Part shown: positions 1 to 13,992 of the stretch, in pieces
Position numbering within the stretch: the first letter of the stretch is position 1
How the letters are laid out: every line of letters begins with the position of its first letter
Assembly: GCA_951406725.2 (NCBI GenBank)
Contig: OX597815.1
Location: 20,460,001-20,524,000, forward strand
Length of the DNA: 64,000 nt
Source of the DNA: Octopus vulgaris
Taxonomy: Eukaryota
Reading direction: 5' to 3'
Made by a program: the position numbers and the translations under genes
Notes under the pieces: model-generated
What the model was told of the DNA's origin: nothing
What the model saw: the letters and a program-made list of their open reading frames with translations, nothing else
Database searches by the model: none

Positions 1-2519
1 AAAAGTAATTTTTTATTTTAGAAATATACTAACATGAGGTGATATTAAACAAAATGTGCTGGAATTTGAAAAGAAGACATAAACAGCCTCTGCCCTACTT
101 TCTTGAATTGGTGCTTATAATAATTAGTATCACTTCACTGCAAATATCTTTACAATTATAATATACTAATGTAATAATGCATTCATAATATACTAGGATA
201 ACAATTTTTTAACTACTTATACTTAGTCATCTAAAGTTAGTTAGTAATACAACCTTGTTATTTTGAAGATGTCATATTTTGTAGCTACTTGAAGGTTTTT
301 CTATACTTTTGTGTAAAAATGGGTTGCCATTGTTAGTTTGGATTTTCCAAGAGCTTCAGGCTATATATTTTATTTTTTTAATTTAAAAAAAAAAAAAGGA
401 AATCTGTCAGAAATAATTATCCTGAAATTATTGGAAAGAAAGCCAGAAAAACAGGATAATTTCTTCCACTTTACTTGACGTGGTGTTTAATTTCGACTTG
501 TGACATTTTTTTGTGTGAAAAGTAGTCAAATTATTCCCAGTTGATCCACAGTGAATTGCCTTTATTTTATATAAACCTTTGCATATCTGGAAGTGGATAT
601 CCCAAGCAACTCTTTTAGTGGAAACACAGTAAATGATTGTTATTATTGTTATTTTTTTTTAAGAATTTACAAAATGTGATTACTTAATATTTTTTTAAAA
701 ATTAATAACTATATTGATATCAGTTCTCTAATTTTTTTTTAAAGAATATACATCCCTTCCTTTAAACACTTTAATCTTTTTTTTTAAGTTTTCCAGGAAA
801 ATTGATTTTTTTTTCTTTTTCTGTTAGCAAATTTTGATTCTGAATATGCAACTAACATGGTATATTAAAGTGGTAAATTGTCAGATTATAGTCTAATTAG
901 GTTGTCTAATCTGTGATCATTTTAGATTAATATCACTTTATGTTTCATTTATATTTTTCATTATTCATTTTTATATTTATACTTTGTTATAAACAAACAA
1001 AATTAAGTAGTCTATCGAAAACAAGTTTTGGGGAGAAAATATTTTCATTTGGCTATTTGCTTTATAATCTTATTCTATTTGCTCAATATTTTATTTCCCC
1101 CCTGCCTAAATTTTCAGATGTAGATTTACTTCATACTAGTAAAGCCACTAGTTGATATAATAAAGTCTTGGTATAAATTATATATATATATATGACATAT
1201 ACTAGTGTCTATTTGGAAAATACTTTTAGTATTTGTTTCTGGTTTTATACAATAAATGCAAGGCACTAACAAAAGTTTATAGCAACTTACAATAGAAGTG
1301 TAGTTACAATATTTTCATAATTTTCTTTCTATTATTAATTTCTAAATTGATATTTTTTCATTGGTAAAATATTTTCTGTCAATTTTCTTTTGATCTCTAG
1401 AAATTAATTCATTTTAAAATAAAGAAGAAAAAAAATTCTTTTACACTGATTGTTTTGCAATAAAGTTTCACTTAATGAATCTTATTTCAGAATAATAAAA
1501 TATAGATTTTTTTTTTTTTTTTGAAATGAATTGTTGATACAATAATTTTTATTGTCACATACAGTAAATTAAAGAGAAAAAAAAAAAAAAAAGAGAAGAA
1601 AAAAAAAAATCATTGAATTAATTTTGTTTGTCTATTTTGTGTTCCATTAAATATTTTAGACTGATAGAGATAACATATTAGGGCTTTTGTTTCTTTCATA
1701 TAGCATAGTTTTAATGTTAAACAAAAAAAAGTCAGTAATTGTTTCTCTTAACTAGAACTGCTATAAATGTTTCATTACTTTGGGACTGTCACATTTAATA
1801 TGTAGCGTACAACTCTAACATTTCCTAATTTTATCAACAACATCACAACCATGCCTAATTCAAAAATAAACATTCATCTTTGGCTTCATAAATTAACACA
1901 ATCTTAATTTTTTCTTTTTTCAGTATTACTAAAATGTTTCGTCAAGGATAAAAAATAAAAAATATTCGAATATGTTTGTGTAGATAGATGCATCCAAATA
2001 TTTCATTGAGTTATTTCAAAGTTGAATTCTATTCAACCGCTTAATTGTTTTATCAATTATGATCCATCTTGCAAAACTAAATGTATTCAAATCAGAATAA
2101 AGCCCTTGTTATTGTGATAAATTTCATACTTTTAAGCTTGTTTAATTACACTCATGAAATTTATTATATTATATGACAACACAAAGTAGCAACAATATAT
2201 TTGTATGCATTCTTCATTGTTTTCCACCAGAATTAGTTGTCACCATAGATTTAATAACAACAAACACTTGTTTGATGGTTATGGTTTTAATTTCACAGAA
2301 ATACTGTAAAAATGTGTGTGTGTGTGTGTGTGTTAATAGGTATGTGTGCATAAAACATTTTAAAAATCTATTCTGCATCTATTTCCATGCTAGGTGATTT
2401 TTATTGTACTTATGTTCAGAGACAAAACCAAAATTATGATCAGTATTTAAAATTTCTACAAACGCATACATGAAACAAAAAACATATCTACAAACATAAT
2501 AAATGTATATGTGTTTATG

Positions 2520-2554
<35 letters not shown>

Positions 2555-3934
2555 GCATACACATATGTGTCTGTGTATGTGGTGATATATATGTGAGTGT
2601 GATATATGATACATATATACATCATCTGACACATGGAAATGTGGACGTAAAAATAATGACATGATATATATATGTGGTGGATACATATATATATGTGTGA
2701 AATAAACATTTATATATGAGATACATATATAAATAGATGATATATATATATTGATATATATGATATATATTGTGTATGGTATTATATATATATGAAATAT
2801 ATATTGATATATATGATATACATTATATATGGTGTTATATATATATATAAAATATATACAGATATATATATATATAAAACATAGGTGATATATATGTGAT
2901 TATACTATTTATGATATATGTATGATATAGATGCACGTATGTATGTATATACAAAATATATATGCATGCATATATATGTGTATATATATATATATATGTA
3001 GTGATGTATATGGTGGAAGATATATGTGATTAAAGTGCATATATTTTTGTATGTGTGTGTGTGCATACATACACATGTATAGCTATCTATATACATTATA
3101 AATATATAAACACAGACACATGCACATAATACACAACAAATGTTGCCCTCTTCTTGAAAGAGTTAACAATTCCATTCCAGTTTTTCTGTTCATCATTCTT
3201 TAAAGTAAATCAAAGCAGATGCCTCATCTTGTTCCCATACAAACATTTCATTTTTATCTTGTGCATCGAGATATCATTTTCTGTTAGAATTTTCATTTTG
3301 ACAACACTCCACATTTTCTCTACATTGTAACGGTTTAGTTTTTCACAAAGATATTTTAATATTTATTTTTCTTTTTAAGTACTATAATATTTATTTTTGT
3401 TTACTAAAAAAATTTCTATTGGGATAACTTGTTTGTCATCAAACAGGTTATTCTGATGCTATTTCCATCCTTTACTGTTGTTTAGACAAATTGGATGCCT
3501 TTTTATTCCCGATCAAGATAGCTTATTCCTACTTGTCTGGGATTAAAGCTTCATATTAATTTATTTATTAATACATCTACTATTACTAAGAAGAAATGCT
3601 TATCCTCTGACTCCCCCACCCTGCCTGAACTTATTTTTACAAATATACATTTTTATTTAATTTTCCAAGTTATATTTCGTGTTACTGTAAATACATTTAT
3701 TATTAGTATGAACTTGCAAGAATATATATATATATATTGCAAATTCATACTACTAATATACATTTATTATTAGTATGAACTTGCAAGAATATATATATAT
3801 ATATTGCAAATTCATACTACTAATATATATATATATATTTATGTATGTATCTACACACATATTATATATATATATTTATGTATGTATCTACACACATATT
3901 ATATATATATATATATTTTGTCTACACACATTTT

Positions 3935-3979
<45 letters not shown>

Positions 3980-5931
3980 GTTTCTACACACATATATACA
4001 TGTTTCTACACACATATTTTATATATATATATATGTAATTATATGTGTGTAATTATTGTGTATTTAATTGCATCATTGCAGATTTCTTTACCCATTCCAT
4101 AAGGAGAATAATCTCATGTTACAATTTTGTTTAAAACTAAAGTCATTGTTTCCTTTGAACACCTATATTTTTCCTTTTGGTGTGCGTATATGTATGTGGG
4201 GGCAGGTGAATCAATTAATTAATGTGTGATCCATAATGGCTGATTTAAAAAAAAAAAAAAAATTTATTTACACGCAACATAAACATCTACAAGAAGATAA
4301 CTTTTTAAAACCAAAAAAAAGTGAGAAGCTTATTGTGTGCCTTGTTATTATTATTATTTTTTTTTTCTGTTTTAATATGAAACATTTTCTAATTACTTTT
4401 TAAAGTAATGTTGTTTTTCTCTCTCTTTGTTACTGCAAAAATGGATTTGTTACTATTTATTTTAGCTTCAGATTTTGTCTTATCTACACACTTCTAGTTT
4501 GTGTATTTTTACCATCTGTTGTCTTTCCCTTAGCAAAGTGTTATCTTATCAAATATGTTTCGAATACTCCCACCTTTTCTTCCTCATAAAACTTTCTTTG
4601 TGCTATATTTCTGTTTATTTTTCTTTGTTTTCATTGCAAAATTATAATTTAGGAATTTATTTCTCTTATGTTCTTAGCTTAGCTTCTATAGTACCATCCT
4701 AAAAAGAAATTTTGTTAGATATTCTTCTCTCATCTCTTAGACATCCTCACCTGCGTAAATTATTAGTATCTGTATCAAATACTGGCTTTTAGTTTTGCTG
4801 TAGTAGTTTCGGTTTGTTCACTGGATGCATATATCAAACCTTTATTACAACAAAGTATCATGAACTTTTAAGTTAGAAATATATGTATATATATAATATA
4901 ATATATATATGTATATCTGTATGTATATTAATTCTTGTCACTGATACCTTAGGTTTCCCATAATTAAAATTGGTCTACTGATATACTTTTACTTGGTTGA
5001 AGGCCTGGCTGTAAGCCATAAGGCAGAAGAAGCTGAAAGAATATCAGTAGGCCAACTCTATCGACAGGAAACCGAAGGTGTCAGTGATGAGATTTTTCAC
5101 ACTAATTTACATACTCTACCCTATTGTTGTGTAGTGCTTTATTAGTTTGTTACCACAAAAATACAAAAATAACACATTATTTATATATTTATATACACAT
5201 TAGTTTGTTTTATTCATGATGGCTTTGACCATGGTATCAAACATTTTTAGTAACTATTTCTCTTCGTGTTATTTTTCAGTAAATAGTTAAAATTTTTTAT
5301 TCAGTTTAATTAAAATTTGATTGAAAGTAACATTTCATTTTGGTTTGTGATTTTTTTTTCCTTACAACACTGTTACACATACCAGTTACTTTCAAGTATA
5401 TTTTGTGGTTTTATATATAAGAGATAGGGAATATATCCAAAGTACTTAATGATAGTTGGAATCCTGTAAACTTGTGTGATTTATACATAACTAAATCATT
5501 GTTTAAACTGGAATTGATTAAATAAATTGTCGTTATTATTGAAAATTCATAGGTTTTATTAGATTACACTTTTATTAAATGCTAAAAGTAAATTTAAAAA
5601 AAACAACAAAAAAGATAGTGATTTTTAAGAAAGTTTGTGAGTAAAATTCTTTGTGGAATGGAATATGTATCCAGCCAACAAAAATAGTATAGAAAAAAAA
5701 AAAAGAAAAAACAACCCCCCCACAAAAGACAGTCTTCTGTAGGAGATTCGACACATGTATCTTAATTTTCATATTTGCAAAATTGTTTTGTTGAGATCCT
5801 TGTCTTAGAATTTAATGTGGCAGTTCTAAGTTTCATGTAAATTATGTGCACAAATATATATTATGTATGTGTGTGTGTATACACCTACACACTTATGTAT
5901 GTGTGTGTATATATATATATATGTGTATATA

Positions 5932-5970
<39 letters not shown>

Positions 5971-7415
5971 TTGTCTGTATATAATACACATTATATACAA
6001 ACATTATATATATATATATATATACACATGTATATGTGTGTATATATGTATATGATATATAATATATATATATATACACACGTATATATATATATATATA
6101 TGCACATGTATATGTGTGTGTATATATGTATATGAAATATAATATATATATATACACACGTATATATGTATACATGTATATGTGTGTGTATATATGTATA
6201 TGATATATAATATACATATATACTCTAATATATATATCTACATACATATATATTCTAAATTATATATATAAGCATATAGTGTATTATTATATATATATAT
6301 ACACATACACTCATTCTTTTGTAAATGAAGGAAATTTTTTTTTCATTAAGAAGTTTTTTTTTTTTTTTATCATACAAAACCTGTTGAACAGTCATTAACA
6401 TTATGTTTTGTGGAAATAAATAATAGAAACTTAGTATCTAAACCCTCGCTGTCTTCACTACTGGTATTGTTTATATTTTATTGAACTTTATGTGTTGTAG
6501 TAGTTAGTAAAGGAAAGAGCATGAAATCTTTGCACAATCTGCTGTACAAGAGTTGCTGTTTGGTGTGTAGATTAGTTATACCGTATACCTGCTGTAAGCA
6601 GTGAGTATATAAAAAGTATACCGTGTAACATGATTTTTGTCCTTGGGTAGCAACTGTTATTCTTATTTGCTCACCTCTAGGAAATATGAAAAATGGCTAA
6701 TATCTTCTTCAAACTTTGCTTTTTTTTTTTTTTTTTACATTTATTCAAACCTCAAAGAATCATTCTCTGCACATGGTTATTATATTCCCCCACTGTTCCT
6801 GCTCATGATCAGAGATGCACATATTGTCAACCACTAAGGGACATGCTCAAGTGGTTGAGGTCAAGCAACTGACAAGTAAATCTGTGGTACCGAGTATAAT
6901 ATTTGCTATAATGATATTTCTGCTTACTCAGTACTGAATCTGCCTGAAATATAATGAAAAAAAATAGATCAGTTTCAAAACATTGATGCCCAGGTCACAA
7001 AAGCAAAGTTTGAAGGGAATAGTAGTCGTTTCTTTTGATTTCTAGAAAGATGTAATTAGGAAATAAGATTTATTGACCAAAGACAAAAAGAAGAAAAAAA
7101 AAAATTGTTACACTGTGTTATGCTGTAAGGTTTCAATAGGCTGATAGAAGAGCAGGGCTTGAGGTGTAGTTCAGCTGTAAGGGTACCTTTTTGAAATGAT
7201 GTCTGAGAACTGTTGATCAGAATCACTAGCTGTAGTTGGTAGTTTCTATTATCTTAGTAATCTGTGGTTGGATGTAGTGAAATTAGTGAGAAAAGAGGGC
7301 ACTAATATTTCAGAGAACTACATGAAAACAGTAGATATGAGAAAATAAGGGGCAGTTGAATTTGAGAGTACTGTCCTTGTTGGTAACAAGCAGATCGCAT
7401 GAAGTATGTGTGTGT

Positions 7416-7665
7416 GAAGGCATATGGCCTTGTGGTTAGGGCATTGCACTCCCAATCGGAAAACCATAGTTTCAGTTCCTGGATTGGGTAGTGTGTTGTG
7501 TCCTTGAGCAAAACATTTCCTTTCACATTGCTCCAGTCTACTCAGCTTTAAATGAGTAACCCTGCCATGGACTGGTGTCCTTTTCAGAGGGGAAAGTTGT
7601 GATTTTGGTCACTTACACACCATGGTAACCAGGTAAGCAACCCTGAGTCCTTGGACTTGAGACAG
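7416..7665 (+). mobile_element. Diverged tRNA-derived CORE-like SINE
   Basis: Decayed A/B boxes (tggccttgtggttagg...ttcagttcc) followed by gtgttgtgtccttgagcaaaaca...ttgctccagtctactcagct; homologous to 13598 and 47213. Confidence 0.65.
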
Positions 7666-7775
7666 TACATACTATATATCTATATATATATGTTGTGATG
7701 CTGTTTTGTTAAATCTAAACACTGAATGTAGAAGGCCTGGAGAAGAAGAGGTAAATATGTTCAATATATTTGTTA

Positions 7776-8010
7776 TCATCATCATTGTTTAACGTCCGTT
7801 TTCCATGCTAGCATGGGTTGGACGGTTCAACTGGGGTCTGGGAAGCCAGGAGGCTGCGCCAGGCCCAGTCTGATTTGGCAGTGTTTCTACAGCTGGAAGC
7901 CCTTCCTAACGCCAACCACTCCATGAGTTTAGTGGGTGCTTTTTACGTGCCACCGGCACAGGTGCCAGGGGAGGCTGGCAATGGCCACGATCGGTTGGTG
8001 CTTTTTTGCA
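7776..8010 (-). mobile_element. SINE/LINE 3' fragment with an RTE-like tail ending in (GAT)n
   Basis: Minus strand ends ...aacccatgctagcatggaaaacggacgttaaacaatgatgatga; a related decayed copy lies near 8445-8560. Confidence 0.45.
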
Positions 8011-8052
8011 TGAAATGCCGAGCACAAGTGAACTGGGAGAACAAGGTATTAA

Positions 8053-8272
8053 CCCTTTAGCATTTAAACTGTCTATATTTGGTCCAAATATTCTACTTAT
8101 TTTATCTTCAATCTGGCCATATCTGGCCTCTCACACCTAATCAACAATGTCATTCTAAAAACAAACAATCACATCATCAAAATTTCATTGCTTTGAATTA
8201 ATCATTCATTATCTTGTAGTAATGTGTATATAAAAGTATTACATTAGACAGATTAGTCTGAATGCTGAAGGG
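8053..8272. mobile_element. piggyBac-like MITE
   Basis: Imperfect TIRs ccctttagcattta.../...tgaatgctgaaggg flanked on both sides by TTAA (8049-8052, 8273-8276). Confidence 0.65.
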
Positions 8273-9360
8273 TTAAAGGTAGCAGTGACATATAATGTAA
8301 GAAGTACTGAGAGTTGATTGCAGGAATGGTGAGGCTAGATCTCAGGAAGCTTGGTCTCAAAGAGATGGTGAAAGATTAAGATGATTAGCAATAATCTCAT
8401 ATAACAGTTCAACCCAAGCCATCATCATAAGTGAGGAGAATTCATCATCATTTTAATATCTAAGTTTCCTTGCTTCCATGGGTCGGACAAAGTTTATTGA
8501 TGCAAGTTTCCTATGGTTGGCTGCCCTTGTTACCAATCCTCACTTGTTTCCAAGCAAATTAATATTTCCCCCCAATTCTAGACTTTGCTACTGGAAAAGA
8601 AAACACTTGTATGAGAGTGACAATCATTTTATAACTATTCTATGATGTTAAGACAAGGAAACACAAGCACATATATATATGTATACCACAATGATATAAT
8701 GTGTGTACAATTGCAGCTATATATTGTATTGTTGTGTATTACTGTTGTACAATTATGCAATGTATGTATAAATGTACCATAACAATACAATGTATGGCTG
8801 CTTAATATCTGTACCACAGCAATAGAATGTTTAGTTGTATAGTAACAATACACTGTTTATCATACTCATAAACATGTTACAGCAGTACAGCAATTCAGAT
8901 TGGTGGTGACATTCTGAACGGTACACACAAGCATTTCAGATATATTGAAAGTTACTTTTAGTTGGAGAAAGAAAACAAAGACCTAATGATGCATATTGTT
9001 GACTCTCAAAGTAGAGGGGTAATCGTTTCCAGAATTTTAGAATTGCATAGAATCATAGAATACTGAGTTTTCAAGTTTAGAAGTAAGCTTGGGAATTTTT
9101 TTCTTAGCAGATAAGACAACTGCTGTCATATTCCAGTCTTATTAGAACTCGTTAGTGAAGCATACTTTCCAGCCTGCTTAGATCAGTGGACGGAGATTCT
9201 TACAAGCAGAAACTCAGAATGTTAGCAAATATGATTTGCATAATAATGAAAGTAAACCTAAAGGAAAATATCTTAAATGGATCAGGGACATGAATTGAGT
9301 TATTTTAGGTGGGTGGTGATGCGTGAACGTTGTATGCAAAAAAAAAAAAAAAAATTCAGT

Positions 9361-9770
9361 GCCGGCGTGGCTGCGTGATAAGAAGTCTGCTTTCTTACCA
9401 CATGGTTCTGGGTTCAGCCCCACTGCGTGGCACTTCGGGTAAATGTCTTTTTACTAATATCCCCGAGCCGACCAAATCCTAGTGAGTGGATTTCGTATAT
9501 GGAAACTGAAGGAAGCTTGTAGTATATATATATATATATAATGTGTGTGCGTGTCTTTGAGCTTATGTTTGTCTCTCACCACCGCTTGACAACCAGTGTT
9601 TATGTCTCCGTAAATTAGCGGTTCGGTAAAACGATTCCAATAGAAAAAAGGCTGTCAGACTTAAAAATAATCACTTGGGTAGATTTGTTCCACTGAAAAA
9701 AAAAAACACTTCAGGTCGGAACCCTAGCATGGCTGCAGTCCAAAGACTGAAATGAGTAACAGATAAAGAA
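9361..9770 (+). mobile_element. SINE family S2 (tRNA-like head, internal microsatellite), diverged copy
   Basis: Homologous along its length to the copies at 13167, 44847 and 51805. Confidence 0.75.
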
Positions 9771-10254
9771 CGGAATTTGCATTCTGATTGGAAACAGAAA
9801 CCAAAAGCCAAATGACGATTTGTGAGCAGCTCTGGAAGATAAGGGGAGATAATTCAATTTAGAAAATTAAGAATGTTACAGAAAATATAATTTTAATGCA
9901 TCGCTGGCCGTTTAAATAAATGCGAATGAATTGCCCAATGCTGGCCACCCTCTATAATTTCCTGTAGTGTGACCGCAGCATAAGGGCACAGTTTCGAGCT
10001 GGATGCCAAGTGGAGACTTGAGGCTAGACAACTTGTTCATGGAAGCACGGTAAAGTATTTCTCCCAAAGGAACGTTTCAGTCTTATTAGGTAATCTCTCT
10101 AAATATAACCCTGAAGTTTTCTGTGTGTGGCAGGTTTGGTAGCCTTCAACTAACACTATCTCCTCCGAGACACTGCGGCGCAAGTTGACCAAAATTGAGA
10201 GTATGATAGAAGAAGGCTTGCTCTTCATTCCGTAGAAGAAAAAATTCAAATCGG

Positions 10255-10487
10255 ACCATGTTAACACCAAAAATTATTTACATCAAAAAGGTGCTTTTTT
10301 TTCTATGAAAATCCCTATTTTGTACGATTTTTTGACTGCTGTGTCACCATTTTTCGGTGTATTTCAACCAGAAAAATGTTCACTTAAAGAGAATAACAAA
10401 CTACATAATGCAAAATTTTTACTTTTCAAAAATTCCAATTCCCAAGGGGGGAAACAGATCCGAGCAACGCCGGGCGATACTGCTAGT
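10255..10487 (-). mobile_element. Non-autonomous Helitron-like repeat, 5' part (family H1)
   Basis: Minus strand begins actagcagtatcgcccggcgttgctcgg, the same start as at 35587 and 40206. Confidence 0.55.
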
Positions 10488-11292
10488 TATCTATATTTCT
10501 CGAAAAATATTAGTGAAGAAAGTAATCTAACGAAAAACAAGTCCACCGAGTTAAAGACGCTTCCTTATTTATCATTGTTTGAAATGCAATGAACCAAACC
10601 AGTGACTGGCTGTCGAGAACCATTAACCAACAAGGCTATTGTTCACCAGTTGCAATATAAACTACACAAACTAAATCAAGTACAGCGAATATCCCCGCTC
10701 TAAAGTTGAGGATTCGTGCTTATGTCAGAAATCGATATTGTAAGTACATAGGAAAGGCTATTTCTATTGAATATATATAAATACACCACGTTCCAAATAT
10801 GTAATATTACTGGCATTGAAATAGATTGCTAGTTTAAGGATTTTCCACACTTGAAAATATTGGTATTATAGCTTGTTTGTTCAGCATTGTGGATGACCAT
10901 CACGCCATGTGATGACTTAATCTGTGCATGAATTAGACAAAAATAAATTCGAATGAATTGCACAATGCTGGCCGTCCTCTATAATCGCCTGTTGTGTGAC
11001 CGCAGTTTGTTGGAGTCACAGCTTCGAGCTGGTTGTCAGGTTAGACAACTTGTTCAAGGAAGCACGATAAAGTATTTCTGCCAAAGGTGTCAACTCGACC
11101 CTGAGTATATGCAGTCCATAACACGTTCAATGGTGAACGTGTTGTGACTGGAAGGAATGCTTAATAGATGAATCTAAAATAACGTTGTCTTATAAAAGAA
11201 AAAGGCGATGTAAACATTTCTTAAAGCAAAATTATCGATTGTAGAAAGTCTGTCTAAGAATTGTGGTGCTCCATCGGAGATAATGAGATATA

Positions 11293-11668
11293 TATTTCTT
11301 ACACAAGGGGCTAAACATAGAGGGGACAGACAAACGGATTAAGTCGATTACATCGACCCCAGTGCGTAACTGGTACTTATTTTATCGACTCCGAAAGGAT
11401 GAAAGGCAAAGTCGACCTCGGCGGAATTTGAACTCAGAACGTAACGGCAGACGAAAATACCTATTTCTTTACTACCCACAAGGGGCTAAACACAGAGAGG
11501 ACAAACAAGGACAGACAAACGGATCAAGTCGATTACATCGACCCCAGTGCGTAACTGGTACTTAATTTATCGACTCCGAAAGGCGGAATTTGAACTCAGA
11601 ACGTAACGGCAGACGAAATACGGCTACGCATTTCGCCCGGCGTGCTAACGTTTCTGCCAGCTCGCCGC
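11293..11668 (-). mobile_element. Meta-like SINE S1 with tandem 3' duplication
   Basis: Head ggcgagctggcagaaacgttagc, B box gagttcaaattcc, core ggtcgactttgcctttcatcctttcgg.gtcgataaa..aagtaccag; about 160 nt duplicated. Confidence 0.8.
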
Positions 11669-12793
11669 TTTTCATCGAAGATAATGAAATATAGACATTG
11701 AATTTGGAAGATCTGAGAGACACGAGTCGTGGGCCAGTCTATAAGATGTGTAATGTCAACTGGAATGAAAGTTAGATCATAAGCGATCTTGTATATGGCT
11801 GTATAATAACTTTACCACAACGGCGAGCTGGCAGAATCATTAGCATGCCGGGTAAAATGCTTCACTAGTTGTTGCTATTGTTTAGCTTCAAGTCAGCCCT
11901 TTCTTAAGCACATATACGATCGAAGGCATTCCAGCTGTGACCATTCTATATAATACATGTCTTCTTTAAGACTACTGATGCAATTTGAGGGAGATTTGAC
12001 TGCTATTTCTGGGAGATCGAGTAACGACGAGAGACTCTCGTTGGCTCGTGGATGCACTTATATTAGTAAGTGATGTGAACGGACAACACCTGTGCGGAGA
12101 ACAAAGTTGGTTTGACAGTAGTAGTCACATATAAACGAGGATGATACTATAAGAAATGGTGTAGTAAAATTTAAAGGCAACGTGTCTCCAAAGTTACAAT
12201 ATTTAGAAGGTAATATGGAAGCATATTCAGAAAGCGAATAGTCCAAGGGAATCAACTACGTTAACACCGAAGTGTAAATTATCTCCCTTATACTAGTAAA
12301 TACGCTTCATGTCATTACGCTTAAACGACAATTCTTGTTTATCAAGAAGACAGTAAGTCTATGTGGTCAGTGTCGCTACTAGAAATAGCAGCCAAATTCA
12401 TTGACATGCTTTCTCGAAACTCTGAGTTACTGCTATTGACATTATGGACGGGCAGTTTGCTTAATTATCGCGTGTTTCCGGATTAGCTGTAATCTTCGGC
12501 AAATGTTTTTAATTACATCCTTGGATTAACCAATAACTTGTGGCTGGAATTTTCGAAAACGGAAACTGTTTGGAAGCTCGATCGTTGGAGATGTTATCTC
12601 GATACGAATACCACAGTAACCTGTTCGACGATGTACATACATACATACACAGTCGTGGCCAAAAGTTTGTAACATTAAAAGAAAAATTTAAATTGTTATG
12701 CCCAGTATACGCTCCGAACAAATATAACATTGGCCATTTAATATAAAAATTCTATTCTTCAGACATATGTTGTCCTGTTATTATTATCATTAC

Positions 12794-12851
<58 letters not shown>

Positions 12852-12869
12852 GTATCTTTATTGTATTTA

Positions 12870-13165
12870 TATTTGTGTAACATCGTCTGCATTTCCGTCC
12901 TTGTCTTCGTATATCTTTGATGCTTTTTCCTAAGGAATCTAATGCTCTTAGCTTAGTTTTTCCTTGGGGCCGGCCAGATTGGAGCAATCTGAAGATTAAT
13001 CAGCCGAAATTGCGAGGATGATCCGGTTCTTGACTGAGGATAAAAGGCTTCGAATGGCTCGTCCTTGTTTTTTGTATCGTCTATCAGGATGTTTTGTTGT
13101 CCCTTTTTGCATCACCTAGTTGTCCGGATGTTTTGCGTTCTTGTCCCATTTTGTATTTTATTTTA
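12870..13165 (+). repeat. Partial copy (C) of the direct-repeat non-coding element family carrying the structured motif
   Basis: Reverse complement matches about 19430-19710 (ggccagattggagcaatctgaagattaatcagccgaaattgcgaggatgatccggttcttgactga). Confidence 0.75.
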
Positions 13166-13166
13166 T

Positions 13167-13337
13167 GTGCGCAGGAGTGGCTGTGTGGTAAGTAGCTTGC
13201 TAACCAACCACATGGTTCCCAGTTCAGTCCCACTGCGTGCATTTTGGGCAAGTGTCTTCTGCTATAGCCTCGGGCCGACCAAAGCCTTGTGAGTGGATTT
13301 GGTAGACGGAAACTGAAAGAAGCCTGTCGTATATATG

Positions 13338-13380
<43 letters not shown>

Positions 13381-13586
13381 ATATGTTTGTGTGTTTGTGT
13401 TTGTTCCCCTAGCATTGCTTGACAACTGATGCTGGTGTGTTTACGTCCCCGTCAATTAGCGGTTCGGCAAAAGAGACCGATAGAATAAGTACTGGGCTTA
13501 CAAAGTATAAGTCTCGGGGTCGATTTGCTCGACTAAAGGCGGTGCTCCAGTATGGCCGCAGTCAAAATGACTGAATCAAGTAAAAA
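13167..13586 (+). mobile_element. SINE family S2
   Basis: gcgcaggagtggctgtgtggtaagtagc...cagttcagtccc head, internal (TA)/(TG) tract, tail ...ggtgctccagtatggccgcagtcaaaatgactgaa. Confidence 0.85.
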
Positions 13587-13597
13587 TGTATGTATGT

Positions 13598-13920
13598 GAA
13601 GGCGCGTGGCTTAGTGGTTGAGATATTCGGATCACGATCGTAAGGTTGTGAGTTCAATACCCAGCTACGCGTTGTGTCCTTGAGCAAGACACTTTATTTC
13701 ACGTTGCTCCAGTCCACTCAGCTGGCAAAAATGAGTGGTGCCTGTAGTTCAAAGAGCTGGCCTTGGGACACTGTGTCACGCTGAATCTCCCTGAGAACTA
13801 CGTTAGGGGTACACGAGTCTGTGGAGTGCTCAGCCACATGCATGTTAATTTCACGAGCAGGCTTTTCCGTTGATCGTATCAGCTGGGACCCTCGTAGTCG
13901 TAACCGACGAAGTGCTCCTT
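13598..13920 (+). mobile_element. CORE-like tRNA-derived SINE
   Basis: A box tggcttagtgg, B box gagttcaatacc, CORE-like gtgtccttgagcaagacacttt; 3' tail shared with the SINE at 34564. Confidence 0.8.
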
Positions 13921-13992
13921 TGTATGTATGTATGTATGTATGTATGTATGTATGTATGTATGTATGTATGTATGTATGTATGTATGTATGTA

